This document shows, one piece after another, positions 27,973 through 37,749 of a stretch of 62,933 bases of DNA. The stretch comes from a virus. Location: the IMG/VR virus record IMGVR_UViG_3300014913_001316. One strand, written 5' to 3'. Below the pieces are notes generated by a model. It was not told the origin of the DNA and did no database searches. It saw only the letters and a list, made by a program, of their open reading frames with translations. Every line of letters starts with the position of its first letter. The stretch's first letter is position 1. A program made the translations under genes and the position numbers.

Positions 27973-28008
27973 GATAAAAAAGTTACTGGTACTAATGGGA
28001 AAAATGGG
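27973..28008 (-). promoter_or_regulatory. Promoter: CCC-N6-CCC, ACCAGTAAC, TTTTTATC (leaderless)
   Basis: + strand GGG at 27997-99 and 28006-08, gttactggt at 27982-90; ATG about 27 nt downstream of the TATA box. Confidence 0.6.
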
Positions 28009-28010
28009 AA

Positions 28011-28364
28011 TTAGAATTCTATTAGCATGTAAATATCTTCATCAGTGGCATGCAATGTCTCTGCAACACTACCAACATTTAGTATTTCAAACTTCCAATA
28101 AAGTGTCTCACCAGGACTCCATTCACTACCTTTCACCGTGCTAATGTCTATCTTACTCGTATTTCCATCAGAGCCAACACTCCAGCTCTGCCAGCTGCCA
28201 CTCATATTACTCCACACACGAACATTGTTTGCAACAGTTATATCACCAATGTCTTCGAAATGCCATGTTATGTTTTTAATGTCTCTATCGTTCATGTTTT
28301 TAAAACTAACAACTGTGCTGTTCACGTTTGTACTACCTGGTGCTGCATCAACCCATTGGATACG
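28011..28364. repeat. 354-bp constant C-terminal block (copies at 37750-38103 and 39665-40018)
   Basis: High DNA identity among the three paralogues. Confidence 0.9.
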
Positions 28365-29882
28365 ATGCAAAGTAGTGTTAAGACCAGTTTCATAAACATA
28401 CTCTGGTGTTGCTATATAGTAAACATTATAGTTCCCACGAAGGTCATAACTAAATGTTACAATAATACGACCATCAACATACTCTGCATTAAGGTAGTTT
28501 ATATCCTTCCCGCTTAGTGGTGTAAAAACCGTATAATCTGTACTCCAGCTACTGCCATCATACACCCTGTATTTTAACACGTTTGAACCGTTAATATAAA
28601 ACAAGACCAAGTTGTCATTCCGTATATCATGTACAATGGCACAACCACCAGTATCAATATCCAATGCTAGCTTGCCCTGGTCAGTCCAAGTTGCTCCATC
28701 ATATGTCCACCAATGCAGGTCATCATTACCGCCATTATACCATACACAGTGTAATATGCCTTTATAAATAGCAAGAGAAGGATAAGGGTAATCAGAAACA
28801 CCACTTACGCTTTTTAACAATGTTTCTCCAGAGTATGGGGTTGAAGAAGCATATGTACTCATATATTCCTCTTTCGCAGATGTCGCATGACCTGCAGCTA
28901 TCTGCCATTTACCGTCATAGTATTTAACATCAGCACCATATGCGTAATAATGACTGTGAGTAGGGCTGTGGTAAGCATGTTGACTTATTCCTGTGCTGCC
29001 TGTATGCCAACTACTACCATCATAATAAGCATAACGGAGATAGTCATCATAGTAATAGTAAACATGAGGTGTATTATTATATACAAAACTGTTGAAAATA
29101 TAAAGACTCTCAGTTTCTACCTCTTCTGGTGATAACAAGACTGTTTTAGACAGGTCATCAGTACGTACACATTTAACCTTATGATTTGTAGAGTCACAAC
29201 TCCAAACATAGTAATCACTTGTATCATTCTTTAGAATAACAGCTCGGTTAATGGTTACAGTATCGTTCAACACAATAAGATGGGGTTGCCCCCAGACATA
29301 CTCAGTAGTAAAACTATACACGAATTCTGTATCACTGCCATCATTAGCAGTAATGTTAAACCAGTATTTAGTCCAACTACCAGTCCAACTACTAACGAGG
29401 AAACTACTCGTGTTATGATAACTAACGCCACCTAAAGCACCACTGCTATAAATTGAAGACCAGCTACCAGATGCGTTAGTATAAATATCTACACTCTGTA
29501 GATTTCCATCACTATCGCTAACGTTCACCGTGAGATACACACCCTCACCAGGTATAACATCTACAAACTGTTCACCATCAGTAATACTACTATACGCTAC
29601 AACCGGAGAAGCAGCTCTACTTACGGGTGTTATAAACGTTAAAACACTAAACAACAACAACACAGTTATAGCAACAGGAACTGCTTTCTTCAACACAGAA
29701 GGAAAGTTGAAAGTAAACTGTGGTTTTATTTTTGATTTAAGTTGTTTAACTTCTTGTTCTTTTTCTTTTAACAGTTTGGTAAGTCTTTCTATTTCTTGTT
29801 TTTCTTCTACTTGTTTACGTAACAGTTCTGCTTCTTCATCCAGTTTCTGGATTTTTTTCCTAAGTTTCTCTACCTCATCCAT
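28011..29882 (-). CDS. Adhesin paralogue A: coiled-coil leader, TM/signal, Ig-like domain, lectin-like beta-propeller, conserved C-terminal domain
   Basis: Start MDEVEK at 29882 (track 29936); YDGSSW/YDGATW blades; C-terminus EDIYMLIEF identical to B and C. Confidence 0.8.
   Translation of the reverse strand: MDEVEKLRKKIQKLDEEAELLRKQVEEKQEIERLTKLLKEKEQEVKQLKSKIKPQFTFNFPSVLKKAVPVAITVLLLFSVLTFITPVSRAASPVVAYSSITDGEQFVDVIPGEGVYLTVNVSDSDGNLQSVDIYTNASGSWSSIYSSGALGGVSYHNTSSFLVSSWTGSWTKYWFNITANDGSDTEFVYSFTTEYVWGQPHLIVLNDTVTINRAVILKNDTSDYYVWSCDSTNHKVKCVRTDDLSKTVLLSPEEVETESLYIFNSFVYNNTPHVYYYYDDYLRYAYYDGSSWHTGSTGISQHAYHSPTHSHYYAYGADVKYYDGKWQIAAGHATSAKEEYMSTYASSTPYSGETLLKSVSGVSDYPYPSLAIYKGILHCVWYNGGNDDLHWWTYDGATWTDQGKLALDIDTGGCAIVHDIRNDNLVLFYINGSNVLKYRVYDGSSWSTDYTVFTPLSGKDINYLNAEYVDGRIIVTFSYDLRGNYNVYYIATPEYVYETGLNTTLHRIQWVDAAPGSTNVNSTVVSFKNMNDRDIKNITWHFEDIGDITVANNVRVWSNMSGSWQSWSVGSDGNTSKIDISTVKGSEWSPGETLYWKFEILNVGSVAETLHATDEDIYMLIEF
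29296..29720. repeat. 425-bp constant N-terminal block (copies at 39095-39519 and 40968-41392)
   Basis: High DNA identity with patchwork polymorphisms. Confidence 0.9.
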
Positions 29883-29883
29883 A

Positions 29884-31497
29884 TTACCACCATAGTTCTT
29901 TTTTTTCAACAATTCTATGGTGAAGATATATGCCAACTACAAATAAGATGATTATTATAATGATAATTGGTATTATTAAAAGTATTGCTAGTTTCCATGC
30001 GAAGATTTCATCTACCTTGTCAAACTGTACAATCCCTGCTCCCCATGCGTTCTGGTCTCCTTTTTTATAACATCCTTCTTCTAGTGCTGACTCGAAAGCA
30101 TCAGATATTACTCCTTTGTTCCAGAAATAAATTATTTTCAATATGTCAATAACTGGTTTATGGTTTGCAATTATAAGAGCACTTCCTCCTGCTATAAGGG
30201 GTGTGCTAAGAGATGTACCGCTTGCTACTCTTTCTTCATTCAACCATGGTCCACGTATGCTTTCTCCTGGTGCTGTTACATCTGGTTTTGGTTCATTTAC
30301 TGGTACTGGTCCACGGCTACTCCAGGTGCAGATAGTATCATCTGTTAAATCTGTAATAGTACGTTGTGGGTCTGATGCTCCAACTGCTACTGCATCTTTT
30401 GAAACTGCTGGTGAAAGGATTGTACTAGGGTTTGGTCCAAGGTTGCCAGCTGCACAGCTTATAACGATTATGCCTTCTCTCCGTAGTTGTTTTATTTTTT
30501 GAGAGTAAACATCATCTGGGTTGCCTATTGCTCCTGCTGAGATACTGATTATATCTGGTTTTAGTTGTTTAGCAATGTCAAGGGCTTGTAGGAAAATAGC
30601 GGGTGTTGTTTTTCCGTCTTTGTCAAATGTTTTAATGCTGATTTGTACTGCGTTTGGTATTTTGTTTTGTAGCATAAATGCTATCTCATAGTTTATAAAC
30701 GTGCCATGTCCATAATTATCTGTTCCTGTTGAAAACGCTGATGTTGTCATCATCCGTATTTTGGATAAATCTATACCGTTGTATGTTCTTGGCATTACTC
30801 CTGAGTCTATTGTTACTATTGTTATTTTGTTAGTCGTATCTGGCAGGTTTAATGCTTTGAGTAGAGTATACATTTCTTCAACAGTGTATCCTTCTGGGTA
30901 TGTTGGTGGTTTAACTGGTGGAATCTGTGGGTTTTTTATTTCAACTTTGATGGTTTTACGGGCTGTATCTGTCAATGAACCGCTGTATATTTTTAGTTTC
31001 ACTGTATATGTTCCTTCTTCATCATATACGTGTGTCTGGTGTTTACCGAGTGCTGTGCTTCCGTCTCCGAAGTTCCATTCCCATGTGTCTATGTCCCCTG
31101 TGGAGAGGTCTACAAATGTTATTTTTTCACCTGGTGAAGGGTGTTCTGGGTAGTATGTAAATCTTGCTACAAGCTCTGCACCTATTGATATGTTTACCCA
31201 TTGTGTTGTTTTTGTTGCATCTGCGGTTGTAGTGTTAGACCCTGTTAAACCATTATGTTCCGCTGTTACTGTTATTATATCTCCTGTGTCTCCTGGAACG
31301 CTTGTAGCGTATAATCCTTGATTGTTGGTTGTTGCAGTGTTTGTTTCGCTGTTGTCAAGGTTTGTTACTGTTACTGTTGCACCTGCTACTGGGTTATCTG
31401 ATGAATCTTTTACGTATCCTGATACTCCCAGTGGGTGTTCTTCTGCAAGAGTAAAATTTGAGAGTAGTGCGATTAAGAGTAGGATGATTAATACCAT
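29884..31497 (-). CDS. Membrane-anchored S8 subtilase with carboxypeptidase-regulatory-like and PKD domains
   Basis: Catalytic D (TIDSG), H (GHGT), N (AAGN), S (SGTSLSTP); PKD motif WEWNFGDG; C-terminal TM. Confidence 0.9.
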   Translation of the reverse strand: MVLIILLLIALLSNFTLAEEHPLGVSGYVKDSSDNPVAGATVTVTNLDNSETNTATTNNQGLYATSVPGDTGDIITVTAEHNGLTGSNTTTADATKTTQWVNISIGAELVARFTYYPEHPSPGEKITFVDLSTGDIDTWEWNFGDGSTALGKHQTHVYDEEGTYTVKLKIYSGSLTDTARKTIKVEIKNPQIPPVKPPTYPEGYTVEEMYTLLKALNLPDTTNKITIVTIDSGVMPRTYNGIDLSKIRMMTTSAFSTGTDNYGHGTFINYEIAFMLQNKIPNAVQISIKTFDKDGKTTPAIFLQALDIAKQLKPDIISISAGAIGNPDDVYSQKIKQLRREGIIVISCAAGNLGPNPSTILSPAVSKDAVAVGASDPQRTITDLTDDTICTWSSRGPVPVNEPKPDVTAPGESIRGPWLNEERVASGTSLSTPLIAGGSALIIANHKPVIDILKIIYFWNKGVISDAFESALEEGCYKKGDQNAWGAGIVQFDKVDEIFAWKLAILLIIPIIIIIIILFVVGIYLHHRIVEKKELWW

Positions 31498-32552
31498 GTT
31501 TTTTGTTTTTGTAATTTTATCACCCCTATTGTTATTAGTATACTTATTATTGTTATTGGTATTAAAACTATTAACCAGTTTATTCCTTCTTGTTTAGGTA
31601 TTGGCTGGTTTGATAGTGTGAACACTACTCTGCCGTTGTTTACAAAGCTGAGATGTTTTGTTTCTTCTCCTGTTTTGATGGTGTAATCCCCAGGTGGTGT
31701 TATATAGACTGCTACTCCTGTTTCGTTTGTGTATACTGTTGTTGTCTGGTTGTTTCTTTGGATGGTTACTGCTGTGTTTGGTAACGGGTTGCCTTGCTCG
31801 TCTTGTACTATTATGGAAAGGGTAATGTTGTTTATTGTATTGTTTGTAGTGTTTTGTTGAGGTGGGGGTTGTGTAGTGTTTACTGGGTATACTTGTATGG
31901 TTCTGGTTTTACTGTTGTAGTTTTGCTGTTGGTCTTCAACTTCTAAACGGATTTGGTAAACTCCAGGGTTTGTAAAAATGTATTCAACTGTTTCTCCATA
32001 TAATACTTCATCGTTTATAGTCCAGATGTATGTGGTTATGTCGTTGTCTTCATCTGTTGAAGTGCTGTGGAATGTTACTGTGTTGTTTATATTTGGGTTT
32101 GTTGGTGTGTATACAAAGTTTGCAGTTGGAACATGATTATTTGAAGGGGGAGGAGAGGGAGGCGGTGAAGGTTGGTTTTCATCATTGTTGTTGCTCTCCT
32201 CCTCTGAGGGTATGGTTATTGAAAGGTTAAGCCAGTTTGTTTTAAGAGAAGTATCTATTGTTGCTGTGTTTGAGTAGATTATGCCATTGTAGTTGCATGT
32301 TACTTCTACTATGTCTCCGTTTTTTGCTTCGAGTGCTACGGCGTAGTATCCTCCGTTTGCTGTTACATATGTTGTTTGAAGGTTTGTGTTTTTGTTGGTT
32401 ACTGTTACTGTTAAACCATCTGTTGGTATGTTGTTTACTGTTACGATTCCTCCTATTCCTACTGGTATGCCTATGCCAGTTGTTAACCTACTATACAGTA
32501 TTAATAATGTAAGTAATACGAATGTTGTTGTTTTATTGTTTTTTCTTCTCAT
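31488..32552 (-). CDS. Surface protein: carboxypeptidase-regulatory-like domain, Pro linker, PKD, second beta domain, C-TM
   Basis: IPVGIGGIV...GYYAV; PTANFVYTP...STDED..ITTYIW. Confidence 0.8.
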   Translation of the reverse strand: MRRKNNKTTTFVLLTLLILYSRLTTGIGIPVGIGGIVTVNNIPTDGLTVTVTNKNTNLQTTYVTANGGYYAVALEAKNGDIVEVTCNYNGIIYSNTATIDTSLKTNWLNLSITIPSEEESNNNDENQPSPPPSPPPSNNHVPTANFVYTPTNPNINNTVTFHSTSTDEDNDITTYIWTINDEVLYGETVEYIFTNPGVYQIRLEVEDQQQNYNSKTRTIQVYPVNTTQPPPQQNTTNNTINNITLSIIVQDEQGNPLPNTAVTIQRNNQTTTVYTNETGVAVYITPPGDYTIKTGEETKHLSFVNNGRVVFTLSNQPIPKQEGINWLIVLIPITIISILITIGVIKLQKQKTWY

Positions 32553-33021
32553 ATATTATTCCTACTAGCATTGATAGTATTGCTGGTATGAAAAGCCAGC
32601 TTATTGCAAACTGATGAGATGGTTGTTCTTGTGTAACTCCTAATGTTAGATTTGCCCATTGTGTTTTCTGTGTTATGTCTACTATAATGATTTTACTTGC
32701 CTGCATCCCGTTATGGTAGCATTGTATTTTTATTCTGTCTCCGTTGTATGCTGGTAAACCTATAGCGTAGTAGCCATGTTGTGTTTTGAAAGAGTTGTTT
32801 GCATCTGATTCAAGGTTTCGTGCTGTTACTGTTACTCCATCTGGTACGTATGTGCCGTTTTGGTATTTTACTGTGCCTCCTATACCTACAGGTAAGGGTG
32901 GTACTGTTTCTGATATAGCAACTGGTGTTTGGTTTAACAATATCGTATGTATTATTGCTCCTATGAAAAGGAGTGTTCCTGCTAGTAGGAAGATTTTTCC
33001 TATTTTGTTTTTCATCTTCAT
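32533..33021 (-). CDS. Double-anchored protein with carboxypeptidase-regulatory-like domain
   Basis: LPVGIGGTV...GYYAIGL...TQWANLTL, paralogous to the domains in 29884 and 31488. Confidence 0.75.
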   Translation of the reverse strand: MKMKNKIGKIFLLAGTLLFIGAIIHTILLNQTPVAISETVPPLPVGIGGTVKYQNGTYVPDGVTVTARNLESDANNSFKTQHGYYAIGLPAYNGDRIKIQCYHNGMQASKIIIVDITQKTQWANLTLGVTQEQPSHQFAISWLFIPAILSMLVGIIYEKKKQ

Positions 33022-33022
33022 A

Positions 33023-36000
33023 TTATATCCATCCTATTTTTATTCTAGTTCCAGCATCTACATGTATCACTATTACGTCATATCCTGAAATTGTTACGTC
33101 ATCTCCAACGTATCCTATCCAGTAGCTATTCCATCTTCCGTTAACTGTATCGTATTTGAAAACCCAGTCTCCTGTTTGTAAACCTATTTTTGTAAGGTTT
33201 GCCATTGTTGTTGAGGTCAGGTTGCTATAGCCTATGTAGTATCTCCCAGTTGTAGTGGTTATGAAATCCTGTGATGCTGTTACGTTTTCTGAGATGTTGA
33301 TACGTGTTGTTTTGTTTTCATCTCCTGTTACTGCTACTGTATCCCATGTGGATAGGTTGAAGTTTGTACCCACTGGGTTTGATACTGTTGGGTATAGGAA
33401 TAGGCTCTCCCATTTACCAGATGTAGGGTTGTATTTATGTATCCACCATCCTTTTGAAAGGTTGAAGGTTGTTGCAAAAGTTGAAGCGTTTGTATCGTTT
33501 TTGAGATGATAAGTGATATAGTTTACACCTGCCCCTGTGCCTGTTTTGTTGAATGTAACGTTTCTATCAACGTACATGTATCCTGGACTGCCTGGTGTTT
33601 CTGCATGCATCTCTGTTGATACGTTTGCTGATGCATTATAAATGTATAATGTTATATTGTAAATGTTACTAATGTTGAATTTACGTGATAGGTTAAACGG
33701 TGTATGAATGCCAGAGTTGTATCTCTTTGAAGCGATTTGTACACCGTTTATCTTCCAAACTACTTGTGTAGCATTTATTGATTTATCTATAAGAGTGATT
33801 GTGTCATCAGTGGTTGGATGGTATGGTGTCCAGTTGAAATCAGCCCAGAAATAAAATTGTGTTGTAAAGTTCATATAGTAATCTACTGAGTCATACCCAT
33901 CTGATAAATGTACACGCCAGTGATAGTTTTGCTGTGTCTGGTTAAATAGTAGTTCGTCTTGGATATATGGATTGTTGTGATATGTATCATAGGTATCCTC
34001 TGCATGGCTTAACCTGAGTATCCAGTCGTTCCAGTTTGGCTGAGATGGGTCATCAATGTATATTTGTATTGATACATTGTCTTGTTCGTAATCTGATACA
34101 TTGGCTATGAGTTTTACAAACATACGCCATACTCCTGTTACTGATTTACGTTGTACTGCTGCATAGTTTTCTCCATCTTCTGGATTTGCTATGAGTGAAG
34201 GTGCATGGTTCTGTGGAGTATAAGACCATACTGGGCTTTGTCTCTGGTTAGAACTATCATTTGCTATAACGTACCATTGAATTGTTGTACCGTTTGACAT
34301 AGCTGGTAAACTGGTTGTTTCTGCTCTACTGCCACTTGGTACGTTATGTACTGTAGCCCATGCTGTATCATTGGATGCATAGTAGAATGTAACGTTCATC
34401 GGGTCGTTATCAGTGTCTTCTACGTAGCATGAAAAATTATGTACTTTGTGTACTCCAAATGTTGTTCCATCTTCTGGATACGGATTCGATGGTTGTTTTA
34501 CTAATCCTACTTCTACCGTTGCACCCATAGTGTAATAAATATCACTTGGTTGCTCACCACTATATACTGGTTTAACATAGATTGCACCACTCATAGTGTT
34601 GTAAAGCAGTAGTGGTTCTGTATCTGTATATGGTTGTGTTGTGAAATGATAAATGTCTTCTTTATAGTATCCAAGTGTACTGTTTTCAGCTGTTATCTTC
34701 CACCAGTATTTAGTGTTGTATTGTAACCCATCCATGTAGCTGTTAGCTGTAGCGTTTGGTTGAAGTTGCGTGATTGTGTTATGGAGACTCCATGTCTCAT
34801 TCACTGTGTCGTTTGAATAAAATTTTATATCATAATGGTTTTTATCTCCTGATTTATTTACCCAGCAGTATAAATGTACGTTGATTGGCTGGTTAGTGCT
34901 ACCATTAACTGGGTGTACATTGAGGAAATAAACGTCATAGTATACTGAAATCTGAGCCCCCATAGTGTAATAGATATCATCTGGTTGCTCCCCAGTGTAT
35001 ACTGGTTTAACATAGATTGCACCACTCATGGTATCATAGATTATAGGGGGTTCTCCTTCTACTGTTTTTGTTATAAAGTTGTATATATCGCTGTAAACGG
35101 TTGAGTTGAACAGATTGTTAAACGCTTGTACATACCACCAGTATTTAGTATTGTATTGTCTACCATCATAGTATACTGCTACTGGTGTATACCGTTCTAT
35201 GTAGAGGGATAGGTTTTGAAGCACTGGTGTTTTTGTTTTATCTGATGTGGAAAAGTTTTGTCTAAACTTGATTCTATAACTATCCATATATGTTAAATTA
35301 GATATGCCGTTGATGCTACCACCGTTTGAAGCGGTTTGCCAGCTTCCCCATGTGCTACCGTTATCTGTTGAGAGAGAATAGTATATATCCAAGCTTGTGC
35401 CAGATGGTTCTGTTGAACTCCAAGAAATTGTACCAGAATCATATGCAAGACCTGAAAGGTTGTAAACTGGGGAGATACGGTAGCCATTGTATGAGTAATC
35501 ATATGCTGTGATTACTACGTTGTCTAAATAAGTGAAATCCGTGCAATCGTTTGTACCGTTGTTGAAGATTCTGAGTTGGAAGGAACTGCTCATGTAAGAG
35601 GTTATGTCTTCTGAGAAAAACTGCAACTGGTTGTTGTTATGTATTTTTTCTAGTTCAACCCATTTAGAGCCATCATAGATTTCAAGGATTGAGTCTTCAC
35701 CTGTTTCTAATCCTCTACTCCCCATGTAGAATTCTAGTTTCGCTTCAACATATCCAGACAAGTCTACTGTTGAAGAATTATGTACATCATCACCAATTGC
35801 TCGGAGATAATATGAACCTATAGGGTTTATCACTCCATCGGTGGTGTTTACTCCACTTTCTGGGCAACTACTGTTCTGTATAGTCCATCCCTGTGCTTGT
35901 CCATCTTCAAAGTTTTCATTCATAAGAACATGGCTATTCTTTTTTAAACGGAGATAATTGTTCTCGTTTACTTCTACATCTGATAATGTACCAGTTGAAA

Positions 36001-37741
36001 AATTACTATCATATATTGTAAGGTTGTTTGCTCCTGTTCCTAGTTGTAAAGGTTTAGTATCCTGTATCTGAACCCATGTCTCGTTTACTGTATCGTTCCC
36101 ATGAAAACTTGCATTCCATGTTATAATGTCTCCAGATTTATAAGTATAAATTTTAAGCTGTGGATGTAGACTTATGTTTGTACTCTGATTTGTAGGGTGT
36201 TCTTCTACAAAAAAAGGTTTTGCAAATACTCGAACCTGAGCACCCATTGTGTAATAGATACTACTCGGTTGCTCCCCCGTGTATACTGGTTTAACATAAA
36301 TACTACCACTCATGGTATCATAAACACTTGTTGGCTCTGTATCATTGTAGTATGTATTGATAACCCATACGCTGCTATTATCACTCCAGTATTCATCATC
36401 TTTTGCTTTTGCATACCAATAATACCTAGTGCCGTTGTAATACAAGTAGTATGAAGTGTTACAGTTTACAATCTGCCCATTTGTCCAACCCGTAGTTGTA
36501 TAGTTGTACCCTATAAGCCTACCAGAAGGGTATTCGTAGAATGAAACATTGTATATTTTACCAAGATATGTAGTTGAGGATTGAGACCCTGTTGCCCATC
36601 CTGTTCCATCCTCAAGAGTTCCATCGTTACTCCCCCAGCTATCATATGTTGTAGTTCCAGTGTTTTCATCAAACTTCCACCAGGATACAAGACCACGTTT
36701 TGCACCATTATCGTTTTTACCATAAAAATTTGCTTTTACTTCACCCTCTGTCAAAGCAACATTGTAAACTTTTATATAATCTATTTTTCCATCAAATGTT
36801 TTATCATTCCCAACATAGGAACATTCTCCGATTACGCAATCAGCAGTATTCGGACTTGGAGTATTGGGTTCATAGTATGAATAAACAAGAGAGCCGTTTT
36901 TATAAACATACATTGTATGTGTATCATTATCGAACACAACAGTAAGATAAACCCATGTTTGCAATGGTAATGCTGCTTCTCCAACTGATTGGTTATGTCC
37001 ATCAACACATACATGGAGCTCCCATGTTGTTCCATTACCATACAATGCGATACCCCATCCAGTGTTTGCATCTGTCATTTTTGATATTATAGTATCAAGT
37101 TTACCATCAGCAGGGTTATCTTCCACCCACAACGCCATATCTACTGAAAAAGATGAGGTAAAATTCAACGAGTTGTCATCAGGAACTCTAACATCATCAT
37201 TTGCACCATCTAAATCTACTGCTGTCCATCCAAATGTATAATCAGGGTGATACACAACTGCTGACAAGTCAACATTACCTTTTTCTTTGTAACTATTATT
37301 ATCTGGATAAACAGGTGAAACAACTGGTTTTCTATCTGTTGTAAAACTATATGTCTGGTTATTCCAAGTATTATCTGTACCGTCTTTCACACGTAAACGC
37401 CATTGATACGTTGTATTGGTTGTGTTGAAACTTGTTTCATCTTGATACCATGAACCATTACCTACATCAATCTGATGCTGCCTGTTAACCCATGCTGTAC
37501 CGTTCCAGATATCCATAAAAAATTCCATATCATCCCCGCCTGTCGTGTCATTGATTTGCCAGGAGAGGTGTGTATAGCCTCCTGGGTCAGGTGGGTTGTT
37601 CACTATTTCTACATGTTGAGCAGAATCAGATGGAGAAATGTTTGAAATGTTTATAGTTGCAGAAGCAAAAGAGGATAAAAATATAATACACAGTAATACA
37701 ATTGCAGGAATAGTTTTTGAATGTTTAAATGATGAAATCAT
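33023..37741 (-). CDS. Giant secreted modular protein (1572 aa): Ig-like repeats, LamG/concanavalin-like domain, three novel 40-aa repeats, PKD-like domain, two C-terminal repeats
   Basis: LamG: VDLDGANDDV...TWVYLTVVFD...YKNG...FDGKIDYIKVYNVALT...WWKFDE; repeated TxYxWxxxAxD...YxFTT domains; many NxS/T sequons. Confidence 0.85.
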   Translation of the reverse strand: MISSFKHSKTIPAIVLLCIIFLSSFASATINISNISPSDSAQHVEIVNNPPDPGGYTHLSWQINDTTGGDDMEFFMDIWNGTAWVNRQHQIDVGNGSWYQDETSFNTTNTTYQWRLRVKDGTDNTWNNQTYSFTTDRKPVVSPVYPDNNSYKEKGNVDLSAVVYHPDYTFGWTAVDLDGANDDVRVPDDNSLNFTSSFSVDMALWVEDNPADGKLDTIISKMTDANTGWGIALYGNGTTWELHVCVDGHNQSVGEAALPLQTWVYLTVVFDNDTHTMYVYKNGSLVYSYYEPNTPSPNTADCVIGECSYVGNDKTFDGKIDYIKVYNVALTEGEVKANFYGKNDNGAKRGLVSWWKFDENTGTTTYDSWGSNDGTLEDGTGWATGSQSSTTYLGKIYNVSFYEYPSGRLIGYNYTTTGWTNGQIVNCNTSYYLYYNGTRYYWYAKAKDDEYWSDNSSVWVINTYYNDTEPTSVYDTMSGSIYVKPVYTGEQPSSIYYTMGAQVRVFAKPFFVEEHPTNQSTNISLHPQLKIYTYKSGDIITWNASFHGNDTVNETWVQIQDTKPLQLGTGANNLTIYDSNFSTGTLSDVEVNENNYLRLKKNSHVLMNENFEDGQAQGWTIQNSSCPESGVNTTDGVINPIGSYYLRAIGDDVHNSSTVDLSGYVEAKLEFYMGSRGLETGEDSILEIYDGSKWVELEKIHNNNQLQFFSEDITSYMSSSFQLRIFNNGTNDCTDFTYLDNVVITAYDYSYNGYRISPVYNLSGLAYDSGTISWSSTEPSGTSLDIYYSLSTDNGSTWGSWQTASNGGSINGISNLTYMDSYRIKFRQNFSTSDKTKTPVLQNLSLYIERYTPVAVYYDGRQYNTKYWWYVQAFNNLFNSTVYSDIYNFITKTVEGEPPIIYDTMSGAIYVKPVYTGEQPDDIYYTMGAQISVYYDVYFLNVHPVNGSTNQPINVHLYCWVNKSGDKNHYDIKFYSNDTVNETWSLHNTITQLQPNATANSYMDGLQYNTKYWWKITAENSTLGYYKEDIYHFTTQPYTDTEPLLLYNTMSGAIYVKPVYSGEQPSDIYYTMGATVEVGLVKQPSNPYPEDGTTFGVHKVHNFSCYVEDTDNDPMNVTFYYASNDTAWATVHNVPSGSRAETTSLPAMSNGTTIQWYVIANDSSNQRQSPVWSYTPQNHAPSLIANPEDGENYAAVQRKSVTGVWRMFVKLIANVSDYEQDNVSIQIYIDDPSQPNWNDWILRLSHAEDTYDTYHNNPYIQDELLFNQTQQNYHWRVHLSDGYDSVDYYMNFTTQFYFWADFNWTPYHPTTDDTITLIDKSINATQVVWKINGVQIASKRYNSGIHTPFNLSRKFNISNIYNITLYIYNASANVSTEMHAETPGSPGYMYVDRNVTFNKTGTGAGVNYITYHLKNDTNASTFATTFNLSKGWWIHKYNPTSGKWESLFLYPTVSNPVGTNFNLSTWDTVAVTGDENKTTRINISENVTASQDFITTTTGRYYIGYSNLTSTTMANLTKIGLQTGDWVFKYDTVNGRWNSYWIGYVGDDVTISGYDVIVIHVDAGTRIKIGWI
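34510..34625 (-). repeat. Intragenic 40-aa repeat, copy 3 (DTEPLLLYNTMSGAIYVKPVYSGEQPSDIYYTMGATVEV)
   Basis: Read directly; coordinates approximate. Confidence 0.9.
34945..35060 (-). repeat. Intragenic 40-aa repeat, copy 2 (GEPPIIYDTMSGAIYVKPVYTGEQPDDIYYTMGAQISV)
   Basis: Read directly; coordinates approximate. Confidence 0.9.
36230..36345 (-). repeat. Intragenic 40-aa repeat, copy 1 (DTEPTSVYDTMSGSIYVKPVYTGEQPSSIYYTMGAQVRV)
   Basis: Read directly; coordinates approximate. Confidence 0.9.
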
Positions 37742-37749
37742 TATCCTTT

